A stretch of DNA of 64,000 bases from Flaccisagitta enflata (taxonomy: Eukaryota): assembly GCA_965153355.1 (NCBI GenBank), contig OZ231126.1:20646001-20710000 (forward strand), given 5' to 3'. Position numbers and translations under genes: made by a program. The notes under the pieces were generated by a model. That model did no database searches and had not been told where the DNA came from. It saw nothing but the letters and a program-made list of their open reading frames with translations. Each line of letters begins with the position of its first letter. Within the stretch, counting starts at the first letter, position 1. This document shows positions 13,601-27,400 of the stretch, piece by piece.

Positions 13601-13961
13601 AGCGATCAGAATCTGAAGTTGTACTCTGGGAAACATTGAAGTGATGACGTCGAAAGGCCCGAGACCGCTGGCGTACCGGTGGCAACTGTGGCACTTTTGC
13701 ACTGCACTGGCAGCAGTACAGTGCCTGTTTCCCCCAAATACCAACAGCGGGTGCGGCGGTGCGGCGGCGGAGGAATTGACAGCGGCGGCGGCGGCGACGG
13801 TGGATGCGGCAGTGGATGCGGCTGCAACAGAGGCGCGCAGCATCGAATAGCGGCCGACGTCAGATTTTGATGAGTGTAAAAAAGGAATTAATTTGCCGGG
13901 TGGCCCCCGACCGCCGCTCCATTCTGCCCCTCAACCGACCCCCAACCAACCCCGAATGCAG

Positions 13962-14074
<113 letters not shown>

Positions 14075-14544
14075 ACGTTGTTTAGACCCATATTTAGCCC
14101 TTTTGTTGTGGACTGAGTTATGAGTCGCCCTTTTGTTGTCCTCGCAGTAGCTATTTTTTTCCTCTTTTTTCTTCATTCAAGAGATGTGAAAAAGAAAAAA
14201 AAAGAGAGAAAAAAAAAAAAGGATTGAAAACTGAACTAGAAAGAGAAAAGAACAGAAAAGAAGGAGAAGCAAAAAATACGAGCGAAAAAAATATACGAGA
14301 GTTTGTCTCTTTGCCTTTTTTGTTGCTTTTTGTTTGTTCTGATCTTTTTCTTTTAACTGGAGAGAATAGAGACCTTTTCCCCATTTTTAGTCGCGGACAC
14401 GCGACTCTACAACTTGCCGTGTCGGTCGGTCGGTCGGTCCGTCCGTCACAAATATTTCTAAACTTGCGATTGTTCTTTGAATTACCGCTCCTGCCCAACC
14501 ATCCGCGACTGGATTGCCGTGTATCCGGCCTTGTTATTTTGTGT

Positions 14545-14590
<46 letters not shown>

Positions 14591-14696
14591 CATTTTCCTG
14601 ACGAGTAATGATTTAATGATTCGTAATACAGTTTCGTTAATATACTTTTTTTGCCATACCTGAGCTTTTCAGATTCCAACGAGTGATTTGAAACTA

Positions 14697-14871
14697 CAGT
14701 TGAGCTTCACTAGGTCACATTTCAAGAGACTGAGCAAAAATATGCCTTATATTGAAGCTGCATTATTGCCAATTTAGAAAAAAACTACAAAATCTCCCAT
14801 GGGACTGTTGGTTGCATGCCTTGTAGGCGGGCATGCCTTATAAGCGGGTGCGCTCTAGCGGTGCTCCACTG
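14697..14871. mobile_element. TA-flanked Tc1/mariner(pogo)-type MITE
   Basis: TA|CAGTTGAGC ... GCTCCACTG|TA; a related copy lies in the opposite orientation at 40469-40646. Confidence 0.7.
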
Positions 14872-14950
14872 TATTGAGAAAACAAAATTAATCTTCGATC
14901 ATCTGATATCTGGCGCCTAGTCTGTTAGCCATGGTTGACGCGGCAACTTA

Positions 14951-15040
<90 letters not shown>

Positions 15041-15278
15041 CATTTTCCTGACGAGTAATGATTTAATGATTCGTAATACAGTTTCGTTAATATACTTTTT
15101 TTGCCATACCTGAGCTTTTCAGATTCCAACGAGTGATTTGAAACTACAGTTGAGCTTCACTAGGTCACATTTCAAGAGACTGAGCAAAAATATGCCTTAT
15201 ATTGAAGCTGCATTATTGCCAATTTAGAAAAAAACTACAAAATCTCCCATGGGACTGTTGGTTGCATGCCTTGTAGGC

Positions 15279-15617
15279 TAGGGTGACTTAAAATATGGTC
15301 AAATCCGAATCTTGTCTTCCTTGCGGGAGAAATGTGACCATTTCCATCATAGATGGTAACTCTAAAATCTGGAGATGATCAGACAAAGTTTACTCATGGC
15401 CGCAACCCCACCCCATTCCCATTATAAAAGATAGGAAGCTGCAAAGGCCAAAATCCTTCCTGTACATTTTCTATGGGAAATGAGGGGGGGTTGCGGCCAT
15501 GAGTAAACTTCATTTGATTGCCACCAGATTTTAGGGTTATCATCTGTGATGGAAATGGTATCATTTCTCCCGCGAGGGAGACCAGATTCAAATATGACCA
15601 TATTTTCAGTCACCCTA
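15279..15617. mobile_element. hAT-type palindromic MITE
   Basis: TIR TAGGGTGAC..GTCACCCTA and 8-bp TSD TTGTAGGC (15271-15278, 15618-15625); the empty site is visible at 14821 in the duplicated copy. Confidence 0.92.
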
Positions 15618-16109
15618 TTGTAGGCGGGCATGCCTTATAAGCGGGTGCGCTCTAGCGGTGCTCCACTGTATTGAGAAAACAAAATTAATCTTCGATCATC
15701 TGATATCTGGCGCCTAGTCTGTTAGCCATGGTTGACGCGGCAACTTATCTTTCCAATCATTCATTGACGTCCCTTTTGGGTTTCTTTGCCTTCAATAATC
15801 TCGTATTACTCATGGCATGATATGCATCAATAAGTGCGACAGTAAGGGCAACGGGACCCAAACGTTATTAGCTTGGTAACAAGATGCAAGATTCGCCTCA
15901 GTCATATTTTAATGTTCATAACGCTGCACTATGGTCTGAAACGATGTCATCTTCAGCCAAAACCTCTAAATAGTTTTTATTATTCCAAACATTATGAAAT
16001 ATTACAAAAAATAGTTTCTTTCATATATTTTTGAAAAATTTCAAGTTTTGATAAAGATTTACAAGTTTTAGCATGCTACAATTATTCACTGGCGGTATAC
16101 AGTGGGCCT

Positions 16110-16660
16110 TAACTGGAACTGGGTTCAAAAAAATACTCAGCTGTTGTGACTTGTACATATAGGTACATTTTATAATTTATGGTGAAGAATCAATATTGAT
16201 CCTTAAAAAAAAATTTCCATATAAAATTTTTTTTCAAAGATCACTAAAATGTGTCAGTTTTTTTATGTATTTATGTACAGATCTCAATGATCTATCAATT
16301 CTGGAATTCTAATTCAAGATTCATACTCCTGGTAAAATTTCCAATCATTTGATAGGTCACACTACATACTCTCATGTAAAAATAAAATTTACTTTTTCTA
16401 TGCCTACATTACAAAAATGCAATGGTAGCTTAAAATATGAAAGTTTACTTTTACCAGGAAAATGAATCTTAAATCAGAATTTCAAAATTGATAGATCATA
16501 GAGATAAATGTATAAGAAAATAGACACATTTTATTGATTTTAGTAAAAACTTTTAAAGGAAATATTTTTCAAGGGTCAATATCAATTTTCCACTGTAAAA
16601 TGTACTTATTCATACAAGTCACTACTGCTGAAGATTTTTTCTAACCAAAATTTAACTAAA
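16110..16660. mobile_element. Old, degenerate palindromic MITE
   Basis: Imperfect inverted arms (GTGACTTGTA/TACAAGTCAC, TGATCTATCAATT/AATTGATAGATCA, CCTGGTAA/TTACCAGG) centred near 16390. Confidence 0.6.
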
Positions 16661-17645
16661 GCTAGCTGTGGATAAAAGAAATGAACCAAAGTCAACTTGC
16701 TTTATTGCAAGTATAAGACATATTACAAAATGATGATATTTTAAGATAGATATTGACTCCCATAAGTTGATTTTTACTTGAATATCTGCTCTGTTTTCAA
16801 TTTTTGCAAAAATTCTTTTTTTTTTTCAAATAAAGCTTTTATGACTTAAAATGATGCTTAATTAAAATCGAAACTATCCTTTAATGTCTGCCCAGCTTAT
16901 TTCTGAAAGAATTGATGCACATTGGTTTAATAACCTTATCTATTTCTAATGCACATAAGTTTAATGACCTTATATATTTTTGATGACTAAAAACTATAAA
17001 TTAATGATTAAGTTTTTTTTTGTCTTATTATTGCTTGGTTGCTACCCACAGTGCGGAGAATTTGAGAAATCAAAGTTTTCCATTAAAGTTCATGAACTCT
17101 ATTATCATTGTAGAGCAAAAGGTCAAAGGACAAAAAATTCTATTAGGTCATATGATAAGCAATTCTATCACAGAAGACACTATAATATCACAGAACATAA
17201 AAATATATCACAGTATAACCTACTTGACAGAATGACGTGTCAAATTGATTAAGATTTAGGGCGCGTTTTTAGTCAGAGACAATCGCGTTTTTAACGGGCC
17301 ACTCGGTCGCTGGCTACGTTCATTCGCTTGCACCGCTCACTCCACTTACTCACTCCACTTTGCTATGCTCGCTTTGCTAGCTTTGCTCACTTTGCTTGCT
17401 CCGTTCACGGGCTCGCTCTCTCACTTTGCTCACTCTCTTATTAGACAGTTGAAATTCATAAATATGTGTTCAGGCTGAAAATGCGTTCAACAGGTACAAA
17501 TGCGTTTTACATCTTCACTAGAAACACGCTCTTAAAGGGACTAAATCAGCTTGGAGAAAACGGACAGCCGATTGATACAGATCTAGTCATCTCTGTCAAT
17601 TCTTTCATCATTGGCGTCATCTCCGTCATTTTTTCATCTTTGCCA

Positions 17646-18052
<407 letters not shown>

Positions 18053-20264
18053 TAGGGAAGTCAACATGGCCGAGCTCCCTTAAGAAGCGATCAAAAAAGC
18101 AATGTTTGTATTTCCTTGTTGTGTTTCAGAGAGTCCCACGGAAGATGTAAGCAAAAATAATGTTACAATGAATGATTTTGTATCACATATTGCAGCAATC
18201 ATCATGGGGTTGATCTTTTTTCCCGAAAAAATTGAGTGACAAATCTCTAAGATAGTGATATCCTAAATATAAGGCTATAAAAGCCAAACCAGGTCTAGGT
18301 AAGGTAGGGTAAGCTACCTGCTGAATCCCCAAAGTCTGCTGATTTCAAATCTATTTTCATTTTTGTTCTGTGACCACGCCCTGAGACGCCATGAGCAAAG
18401 AAACAGCATATGACATTTATATAGAAAATAAAAGAAGATCTCTGAAAAGAGTTTCATTCAGAATGAATGAACCAAGCTGTCCCTTGAAAACGCGACAGAA
18501 ATGTTCTAAGACACTTTTATGAAGTTATATTAATTGTATAACCCCTATTCGCGAAAACCTTATCATATGATACATCAAATGAAAGCTGAGACTGTTCTCT
18601 GGCTAATGATGATCAAAACAACAAGTTTTGAGAAAATCTAAGTTTCTGATTTACGTTTCTAAATAATAGTAATGATGATGTTGATGATGATAGTAATGAT
18701 GATGATAATAAGAATGATGATTATGAAGATGATAATATTGACACTTTTTACCTGACTCGCGTACGTTCACAGGTCAATAAGTGACTGATTAATAGACTTA
18801 CTTTCATTGGGAAAAGCTTCATCCATGATCTGCCTTTCCCCTTCCCAAAAACTCGCATATTTTTTGGAAAGTTCTTTGCTCGGTTAGTTGATTGGTTGCT
18901 TGGTTGGTTGGTTGGTTGGTTGATCTTTGATCGGATGATCGTGCAAATTGTTTACAAACATATCTTCCCTTTAGCTTATGACGCGGAATCCTAGAACTTG
19001 CCTGATTCCGCATTTTGCAAAATTCATTTGAGCCTTATTTGCATAATCAAAAAATCAGAAATCACTTGATAACCGTCCTTGGGCGGGACCGGGCGGTGAT
19101 CAAACTTTTTCCAACTTGCACTGAACTCAATCACCGACCTTGCAGAAGTGGTCTCATGTTGTGCATAATTGTGCGAAAAATGATATGGACATTTTATCAG
19201 CGCTTCATATGCAATTATAGGACAATAATTCAATCCACCACTACGGACACAATATTCAACAAAATAATGAAATATTTGGGTTGTGACGGTGGAAATGCAT
19301 GTACTCATGTGTAAAGAACAGCACCGCTGGGGAAGCCTAAAAAGGGGTATTACCCTGCACCTTTCAATGATTTTGAAAAAAGTTACTCCTTTGAATTTTT
19401 TTTTCTAAAGCTTAAATGGAAAGTCAAAAGTCAAAAATAATTTCTAATGAAGGGAACCACAAGACAACATCACCCTTCCTCGATTTTTCATCAGATTTTA
19501 ATGTTTAAGTATGTGGTTTCTATATAATTTATTATAAGAGACTGTTATGATGGTAAAATCAAATAAAAAAAAAGCGGCGGCATGAGAATTCCAGTATGTA
19601 TGGGTCCAGGGGAAAAAATGTCCAAAATGTCTGATTTACAGGCATTATGAACGATTTATGTCAATACTTGACTTTCATAGAATCTGGAAGGTCACTTACT
19701 ACACGGGTAATCAGGGCCAGTACAGACATCTTTTTTGTCGAAAAAACCGTTGCAAATCTGGATTTGGATCCGTAAACACACACGTTTCAATAAAACAACA
19801 GAAAAAAAAGAATTTTTGAAAGTCATTATTTCGCGGTTATGGCTGAAGATATGCCTGTATCGACGAATGTGCGCTGGTCCCGTCTTTTAGAAAGCTGATG
19901 TAGAATTGTAGATTAATCAGACGACTGGCAAATTGTGAATTTTAAGGATCCGAGGGACTCATGGCCTATTTCATTTATTTACCATTTCAGATGGAGTAAA
20001 TGAGTCGCCAAATTTTGAATCTGCGGCGTCGCCCAACTACAAAGAAAGAAACGAACAAAACAAAACAGTATCAACCACCGGTGAGTAATGAAAATATCTG
20101 GAAGTAAACAAAACAAAACAAAACAAAACAAAACAAAACAAAACAAAACAAAACAAAACAAAACAAAACAAAACAAAACAATCCATGAGATAGAATGAGC
20201 TAACAATACATGAAAAATGGCGTTGAAAGTGAAAGTTGCAGCTACCTTCATTTTCCGTTGATGT

Positions 20265-20561
20265 ATGGAAACACTCGTGACAAGTGCCCCTTTTCCCACT
20301 CCAGTGAGCGACGACGGAGACACGCCCGCTCCTTGTGGCACAGCAGCGGCCAGTAACGGAAGCGGAAGTGGCAGCGGCAGCGGCAGCGGCAGTGGAATCG
20401 GGAGCGCAAGCGGAAGCGGAAGTCGTCCAAGTCGGAAGAAAAGAGTTCCTTACTCGAAATTTCAAATCGCGGAATTGGAAAAAGAGTTTTTCATGAATTC
20501 CTATATCTCGAGGAAAAGAAGATGGGAATTGGCTTACTTTCTCAGTTTGACAGAAAGACAG
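20265..20561 (+). CDS. Posterior Hox (Abd-B/Post-class) gene, exon encoding a Gly-Ser linker and homeodomain residues 1-44
   Basis: SRKKRVPYSKFQIAELEKEFFMNSYISRKRRWELAYFLSLTERQ (K3, P7, W32 typical of Abd-B class), ending at a CAG|GT donor. The 5' boundary is either ATG 20265 or the acceptor TTTTCCCACTCCAG|20305. Confidence 0.93.
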
Positions 20562-20946
20562 GTACTAGGCTTTTACCAGACTATTCAACAGAAGGACAGG
20601 TACACAGGTATTCTGTCACACTGTTTATTGGAAAGAAAGGTACCAGGCTGTTTAAAAGAGTGACTTACGCCTCTTTTCATTCATCACAATTCGAATGTAA
20701 GGATACTTACTATACAATATGGTAGCTTCTTTGACATAATTTATGCAGTAAAAAACATATTTAAAATACATTAGATGATACAGCAGCGTTTTAACAGTTT
20801 GTGTGTGTTATGGTCCTTTATAAAAATGGTTTGTATGGGCTTCTCTGTTTGTCCAGTGTTTGCCGGGCCAGTGGTGATTTTTATCTCATTCCAACCGCTT
20901 TCATTTGCAGTATAGTAAGCTTGTGTTTGCATAACAATTTTTTTCC

Positions 20947-21185
20947 TTTTTCGTTGCGGACACGCAACTCTATCAGAGGCTTTTTCCGTCCAGCCATTGG
21001 TCCGTCAGTCCATTGGTCTGTTGATGCGTCCGTGATGATCGAATCAAAAAGTACAAACGCGCATTTATTATGCATTTATGATTGTTTGTGTACGTCATTG
21101 GGCATCGGGTGGGGGAGGGTGTGGATGCGGTTGAATGCCCCTGCCCACCCGCTCACAACGATATTGTGACTCTGCGTCACTTGTT
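20947..21185 (+). mobile_element. HINE-like element inside the homeobox intron
   Basis: TTTTTCGTTGCGGACACGCAACTCTAT start, GTCC-like tract, CCCCTGCCCACCCG, 3' hairpin GTGACTCTGCGTCAC then TTGTT. Confidence 0.75.
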
Positions 21186-21194
21186 TTCTGTCAG

Positions 21195-21275
21195 GTGAAA
21201 ATTTGGTTTCAGAATCGTAGGATGAAAAGGAAACGACTTCTCCATCGCGCCAGATTTCGCCAAATGATCATTTAG
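21195..21275 (+). CDS. Posterior Hox gene, last coding exon (homeodomain helix 3 and short C-terminus)
   Basis: TTTTCTGTCAG|GTG AAA ATT TGG TTT CAG AAT CGT AGG ATG = VKIWFQNRRMKRKRLLHRARFRQMII*; joins the upstream exon in phase 0. Confidence 0.95.
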   Translation: MKIWFQNRRMKRKRLLHRARFRQMII

Positions 21276-21697
21276 TAGTGGTGGAACTACTGTCATCACA
21301 TATGAGTAACATAACATGTCCATATGTCTAAATGCATCGGGACCCACCCTGTCATCACATCTAAAAGTGATTTCCAATGCCAATCCTATGCATAAGGCAG
21401 AACAGCCAATTTTTTTATTCATCATCTTCTAGTTGGACAAATATTGACCATACCTTGATTTTCTGGTTCGATCCTTAAAGATCCAATAATACTTAATATG
21501 TCCACTGATCCTGTTGCATTTATTTCCTGCGTTATATGATTTTAAGAATTTCTTTCTCTTTTAAGTTTTTGTTCCCCTGAAGAAAGTCTATGTGTTTAAT
21601 GCACAGTAATCATCCCAGGAATCAGGTATTTCAATCGAAATGTGATCATTCATGACAATTTAAATGACATCACCCGTGATAAATCAATCTATCACCA

Positions 21698-21738
<41 letters not shown>

Positions 21739-21739
21739 T

Positions 21740-21789
<50 letters not shown>

Positions 21790-22188
21790 TATCAGTCTCG
21801 TGAATTTGTGATAGAAAATTGTTCCTTAAATATTTGTTGCCGAATTGTCATTGCAATCGGTTTCGACACTCATAAATGTCCATTGAAAAAGACCTTCTTT
21901 TCAATTATTCAATCATTTAATCAGATGATATTTACTTCAGGGTGGGACTATTATTTTTCAATCTTTCAGATACTTTTCCAGCAGCATGAAATACTATGCA
22001 TGATTTCTGCTATATTGAACTTACCAAATTTGCTCCTTTGATGCTCCCACTGAATTCCATGATTTGAGGTCTCTTAAGAAAGAAGTATATAATAGTCTTA
22101 CCCTAATTCAGAGTGCCTGCCCTGTGGCATTGAGTTATTCGGCAGCAATTCTTTTCCTGATGCAAGATAGAACAGATACGTCAGATAG

Positions 22189-22994
22189 AAGAACATGGCC
22201 AAGTGAAGGCCAATAAGTGCGCCTCGCTTGATTAAGAATTTATGAATGAACGTATTTGATAAATAAATGAATGAATGCATGAATAAATGAATAAATGAAT
22301 GAATGAATGAATGAATGAATGAATGAATGAATGAATGAATGAATGAATGAATGAATGAATGAATGAATGAAAATGAATGTGGTGAGGCATGAAAGGTGAT
22401 AGGAATGAAGAAATACGTCAGAATTAGCCGTTTTGCGCATTTCAAACGTTTGCGTGACCGACCGACCAACCAACCGACCGACCGACCAACTGACCAACCG
22501 ACCAACCGACCGACGGACAAGACCTCTTATAGAAGTGCGAGGACGAACTTAAAAACAGTCGAGGACACAGAAACAAAGCCAGTCGACTGGTTTGAAGCCG
22601 TGCTGGTCAGAATTTGAGTTGTCTACACCAAACTCAGCTCAATTGAATTCTTTAGAAGGTTTGAAGACAGAACTGGCTTGCATGTAGCTGTAATAATCTC
22701 TCGACTCTCATATACGTGATTGTTCTATTGAAGAAAAACAAGTGACAAGGGGTAACAATATCGTTGCGGACGGGTAAGAAGGGGCATACAACTCCCATGC
22801 ACACCCTCCAACACCCAACGCTTACTCACAAACACAGACAATCATGACTGCAGCATCGTAAATGCACATTTTCACGCTGTTCGACTCGATCACCACGGAC
22901 CGACGGATGGATGAACAGACTTATGGACCGACGGACGGACAAAGCGTCAAAGCCTCTTATACGATCTTATATAGGTGCGTGTCCGCAACTAAAA
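22189..22994 (-). mobile_element. Two HINE-like elements (~22189-22554 with (TGAA)n, and ~22744-22994)
   Basis: (GACC)/(GGAC)n tracts and CCTCTTAT..GCG..AACT..AAAA termini matching the reverse complement of the other copies. Confidence 0.6.
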
Positions 22995-23653
22995 AGACGA
23001 TTAAAAAAAAGAACAACTTGTCGATCCTCATCACTTTCGATCATTTCAGGAGAGAGGACGCTTTGGTCGATAGTTTAAGTATAAGTACTGGTAAACCGAA
23101 ATTTCAAACAAATGATACTTATTCGCGTGTGGTGGAACCGTTGAATTACAAGTGAAACATATAAGTATTACAATCCCATGTCTCAGTGTCTCCCTATCAC
23201 AGAAAAAATAACACACCCTCCACCCCGCGATCTTAATGAACAGACTACACCTACGGCTAACGCCTCCCCACCAATCCCCATAAATCAGGATCCCCAGCAG
23301 AAAGATCTAAGCCATATTCTAGCAATACCCCCATCAGACCTCCACCCCTTCCTCCATGCGACAGGTTCTGCGCCACAAACTCCCGTTGCTATTTGCCACC
23401 ACCTGTGCCTCCTTACTCCCCATGCAGCAGGATCTAAGCTTCCCGTTCTTTTACGCATCTTTTCTGGCGTTTTGGGAAAAGAGGCGCAGATAAAAAGTGC
23501 ATTAAAAGAGACAAGGAGTCAACCTTGAAGAAGCCTTTCTCAGAAACTTATCTCTTATCTCCTTCCTTGTTCTCTTTCTTTCTTTTCCTTTTTCGCTCAA
23601 ACTCTCTAGGAAAGTCGTAACGAATTGGGGAAAGAAAGGGAAGAAAGGGATGT

Positions 23654-23711
<58 letters not shown>

Positions 23712-24071
23712 GTTTGTTTACGCGCATTTCCGTGTTTACGACGGCATTTCTTACTTCGATAAGGAGGCAACAAAGAAAAGAGCAAGGCAAAGAAAGAGTT
23801 AAAGAAAAAAAAAGAACACAAAAAACGGAAGAACAATGGATTTTTTAGAACAGAGAATGAATGATTAATTGAATTAGAATGAACAAATTCAAGGGTCTGA
23901 AAATGGAAACGCGGGTTCCAATCTTTTGTAAAACTGTGTTGAAAAAAGAAATATATAATGTTCAGTAAAATCCAAGGGTCAAAGATTACAGTTGAAGGTA
24001 AAAAGAGCAAAAAGAGTGAATTACGTTGACAAAAATCGAGATGCCTCAAGCCATTTAACAAGTAACGCGGG

Positions 24072-24403
24072 CACAGTGCTCCGGGTCCCACCACCACAAA
24101 AAATAAGTACCTGTCACCCCCCAATCAGCTCCCCATCACCACCCATTCACCTACACAGTGCTCCGGATCCCACCACCACAAAAAATAAGTACCTGTCACC
24201 CCCAATTACCACCCATCACCCCAATCACCACCCATTCACCTACACAGTGCTCTGGATCCCACCACCACGAAAAATAAGTACCTGTCACCCCCCAATCACC
24301 TCCTCATCACCACCCATTCACCTACAGTGCTCCGGATCCCACCACCACGAGAAATAAGTACCTGTCACCCCCAATCACCTCCTCATCACCACCCATTCAC
24401 CTG
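24072..24403. repeat. ~80-bp tandem repeat, 4 copies
   Basis: CAGTGCTCCGGATCCCACCACCAC..AAATAAGTACCTGTCACCCC.. repeated. Confidence 0.9.
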
Positions 24404-24454
24404 CGCGGGGTTACGATATCGTGACGGGCGATTGGGCAGGGGCGTACAACCCCC

Positions 24455-27400
24455 ACACAGTCCATCAAATCTCACCCTGATGGGAAAAAAACACCTAACG
24501 CCACTTTATCCCACTCCACCCACCTACACAGTCCATCAAATCTCACCCTGATGGGCAGGCCGTTTTTTAGTAATTTTTTTGAGAGAGCATTCCGGGCTCT
24601 CTCCTTGCAATTTCAAAGAGCCCGGCAGAAAAACAGAGAGCCCGGTAGAAAAAAAACTGATTTCCCTTTTAAATGAGCCTGCATTCTTAGTTTTCTGTCT
24701 CACCATGTTTCTCCCATCGCAACGAATAATTTGTTTGGAAGAATGAAACAACAAGAACAGAAAATGAAAGAAAGTTTTTTTCCAGTATCAATGACGTCAT
24801 ACACAAGAAAAGCTAGAAAAAGCCGAATATATGGCTACTCAAGTGGCGTGCAAGTGGCGTGCAAGTGGGCAGGTGCAGTCAGAAAAGGCTAATTATGAAT
24901 TGGGGCAGGAATCAAAACCGTCCGCAAACACCCAAACAGTACAACAGATGGCCTAACCGACCGACGGACAGATGGATTAAGCAGTGTGTAGAGAACAAGT
25001 GATTCACTCAAACTGCTAATTACATCTAAAGAAACTGTAAGAGATTTCATTCTCATCCACTCGTAAATGGGCATTTGTGAGTTGAAATCCTCAATCTGTG
25101 AGTTGATGCACAGCATCATGAGGTCGTTTAGAGCAGATGGAAACAGCGAAGCTCAATGCTCAGTTTTGATGTCTTTTCCCCCTTGCAATCCGCACTCGTT
25201 GACAGTACGGTAATCACTAAATCGAGGTAGCAGATTTGATAAGTCAGAAATGTAATGGGGATTGACTTTTTTCCATGTGATAATTGCGATATTTATCGCT
25301 TGATGTGGATTTTCTTTTTGAGTATTTCTGATGTCCATTTAGTTGGTTTAGTTGGTTCAGTTGTTAATGGCTAACATGTTTTGGGTAGAAAATACCCAGT
25401 CAAAATTGAGAGAGCAAACCGGGCTCTCTGGCGGCAAATCTTGTGTGCCCGGGAGCAAAATAGAGAGCATCGGGCTCCCGGGCACGCTCTAAAAAAAGGC
25501 CTGCTGATGGGAAAAAAACACCTAACGCCACTTTATCCCACTCCACCCACCTACACAGTCCATCAAATCTCACCCTGATGGAAAAAAAACACCTAACGCC
25601 ACTTTATCCCACTCCACCCACCTACACAGTCCATCAAATCTCACCCTGATGGGAAAAAAACACCTAACGCCACTTTATCCCACTCCACCCACCTACACAG
25701 TCCATCAAATCTCACCCTGATGGGAAAAAAACACCTAACGCCACTTTATCCCACTCCACCCACCTACACAGTCCATCAAATCTCACCCTGATGGGAAAAA
25801 AACACCTAACGCCACTTTATCCCACTCCACCCACCTACACAGTCCATCAAATCTCACCCTGATGGGAAAAAAACACCTAACGCCACTTTATCCCACTCCA
25901 CCCACCTACACAGTCCATCAAATCTCACCCTGATGGGAAAAAAACACCTAACGCCACTTTATCCCACTCCACCCACCTACACAGTCCATCAAATCTCACC
26001 CTGATGGGAAAAAAACACCTAACGCCACTTTATCCCACTCCACCCACCTTCACAGTCCATCAAATCTCACCCTGATGGGAAAAAAACACCTAACGCCACT
26101 TTATCCCACTCCACCCACCTACACAGTCCATCAAATCTCACCCTGATGGGAAAAAAACACCTAACGCCACTTTATCCCACTCCACCCACCTACACAGTCC
26201 ATCAAATCTCACCCTGATGGGAAAAAAACACCTAACGCCACTTTATCCCACTCCACCCACCTACACAGTCCATCAAATCTCACCCTGATGGGAAAAAAAC
26301 ACCTAACGCCACTTTATCCCACTCCACCCACCTACACAGTCCATCAAATCTCACCCTGATGGGAAAAAAACACCTAACGCCACTTTATCCCACTCCACCC
26401 ACCTACACAGTCCATCAAATCTCACCCTGATGGGAAAAAAACACCTAACGCCACTTTATCCCACTCCACCCACCTACACAGTCCATCAAATCTCACCCTG
26501 ATGGGAAAAAAACACCTAACGCCACTTTATCCCACTCCACCCACCTACACAGTCCATCAAATCTCACCCTGATGGGAAAAAAACACCTAACGCCACTTTA
26601 TCCCACTCCACCCACCTACACAGTCCATCAAATCTCACCCTGATGGAAAAAACACCTAACGCCACTTTATCCCACTCCCACCACCAACACACAGTCCATC
26701 AAATCTCACCTGATGAAAAAAACACCAAACCACTATCCCTCCACCCACCTACAGTCCATCAAATCTCACCCTGATGGGAAAAAACACCTAACGCACTTTA
26801 TCCCCTCACCACCTACACAGTCCATCAAATCTCACCCTGATGGGAAAAAAACACCTAACGCCACTTTATCCCCTCCACCCACCTACAGTCCATCACCCTG
26901 ATGGGAAAAAACACCTAACGCCACTTTATCCCTCACCCACACCACACAGTCCATCAAATCCCACCCTGATGGGAAAAAAACACCTAACGCCACTTTTCCC
27001 ACTCCACCCACCTACACAGTCCATCAAATCTCACCCTGATGGGAAAAAACACCTAACGCCACTTTATCCCTCCACCCACCTACAGTCCATCAAATCTCAC
27101 CCTAATGGGAAAAAAACACCTAATGCCATTTTATCCCACTCCACCTACCTTCACAGTCCATCAAACCCCACCCTGATGAGAAAAAAGACCTAACGCCACT
27201 TTATCCCACTCCACCCACCTACACAGTCCATCAAATCTCACCCTGATGGGAAAAAAACACCTAACGCCACTTTATCCCACTCCACCCACCTACACAGTCC
27301 ATCAATCTCACCTGATGGGAAAAAACACCTAACGCCACTTTATCCACTCCACCCACCTACACAGTCCATCAAATCTCACCCTGATGGGAAAAAAACACCT

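Larger units (their letters stand above)
14548..15752. repeat. Tandem duplication of a ~400-bp unit beginning in a (CT)n tract
   Basis: Copy 1 spans ~14548-14955; copy 2 spans ~14956-15752 and is near-identical except for a 339-bp insertion. Confidence 0.93.

Noticed and set aside
19015-19314. Overlapping 94-99 aa ORFs with a CxxH-like motif
   Set aside because: Too short, with no other recognisable transposase motifs.
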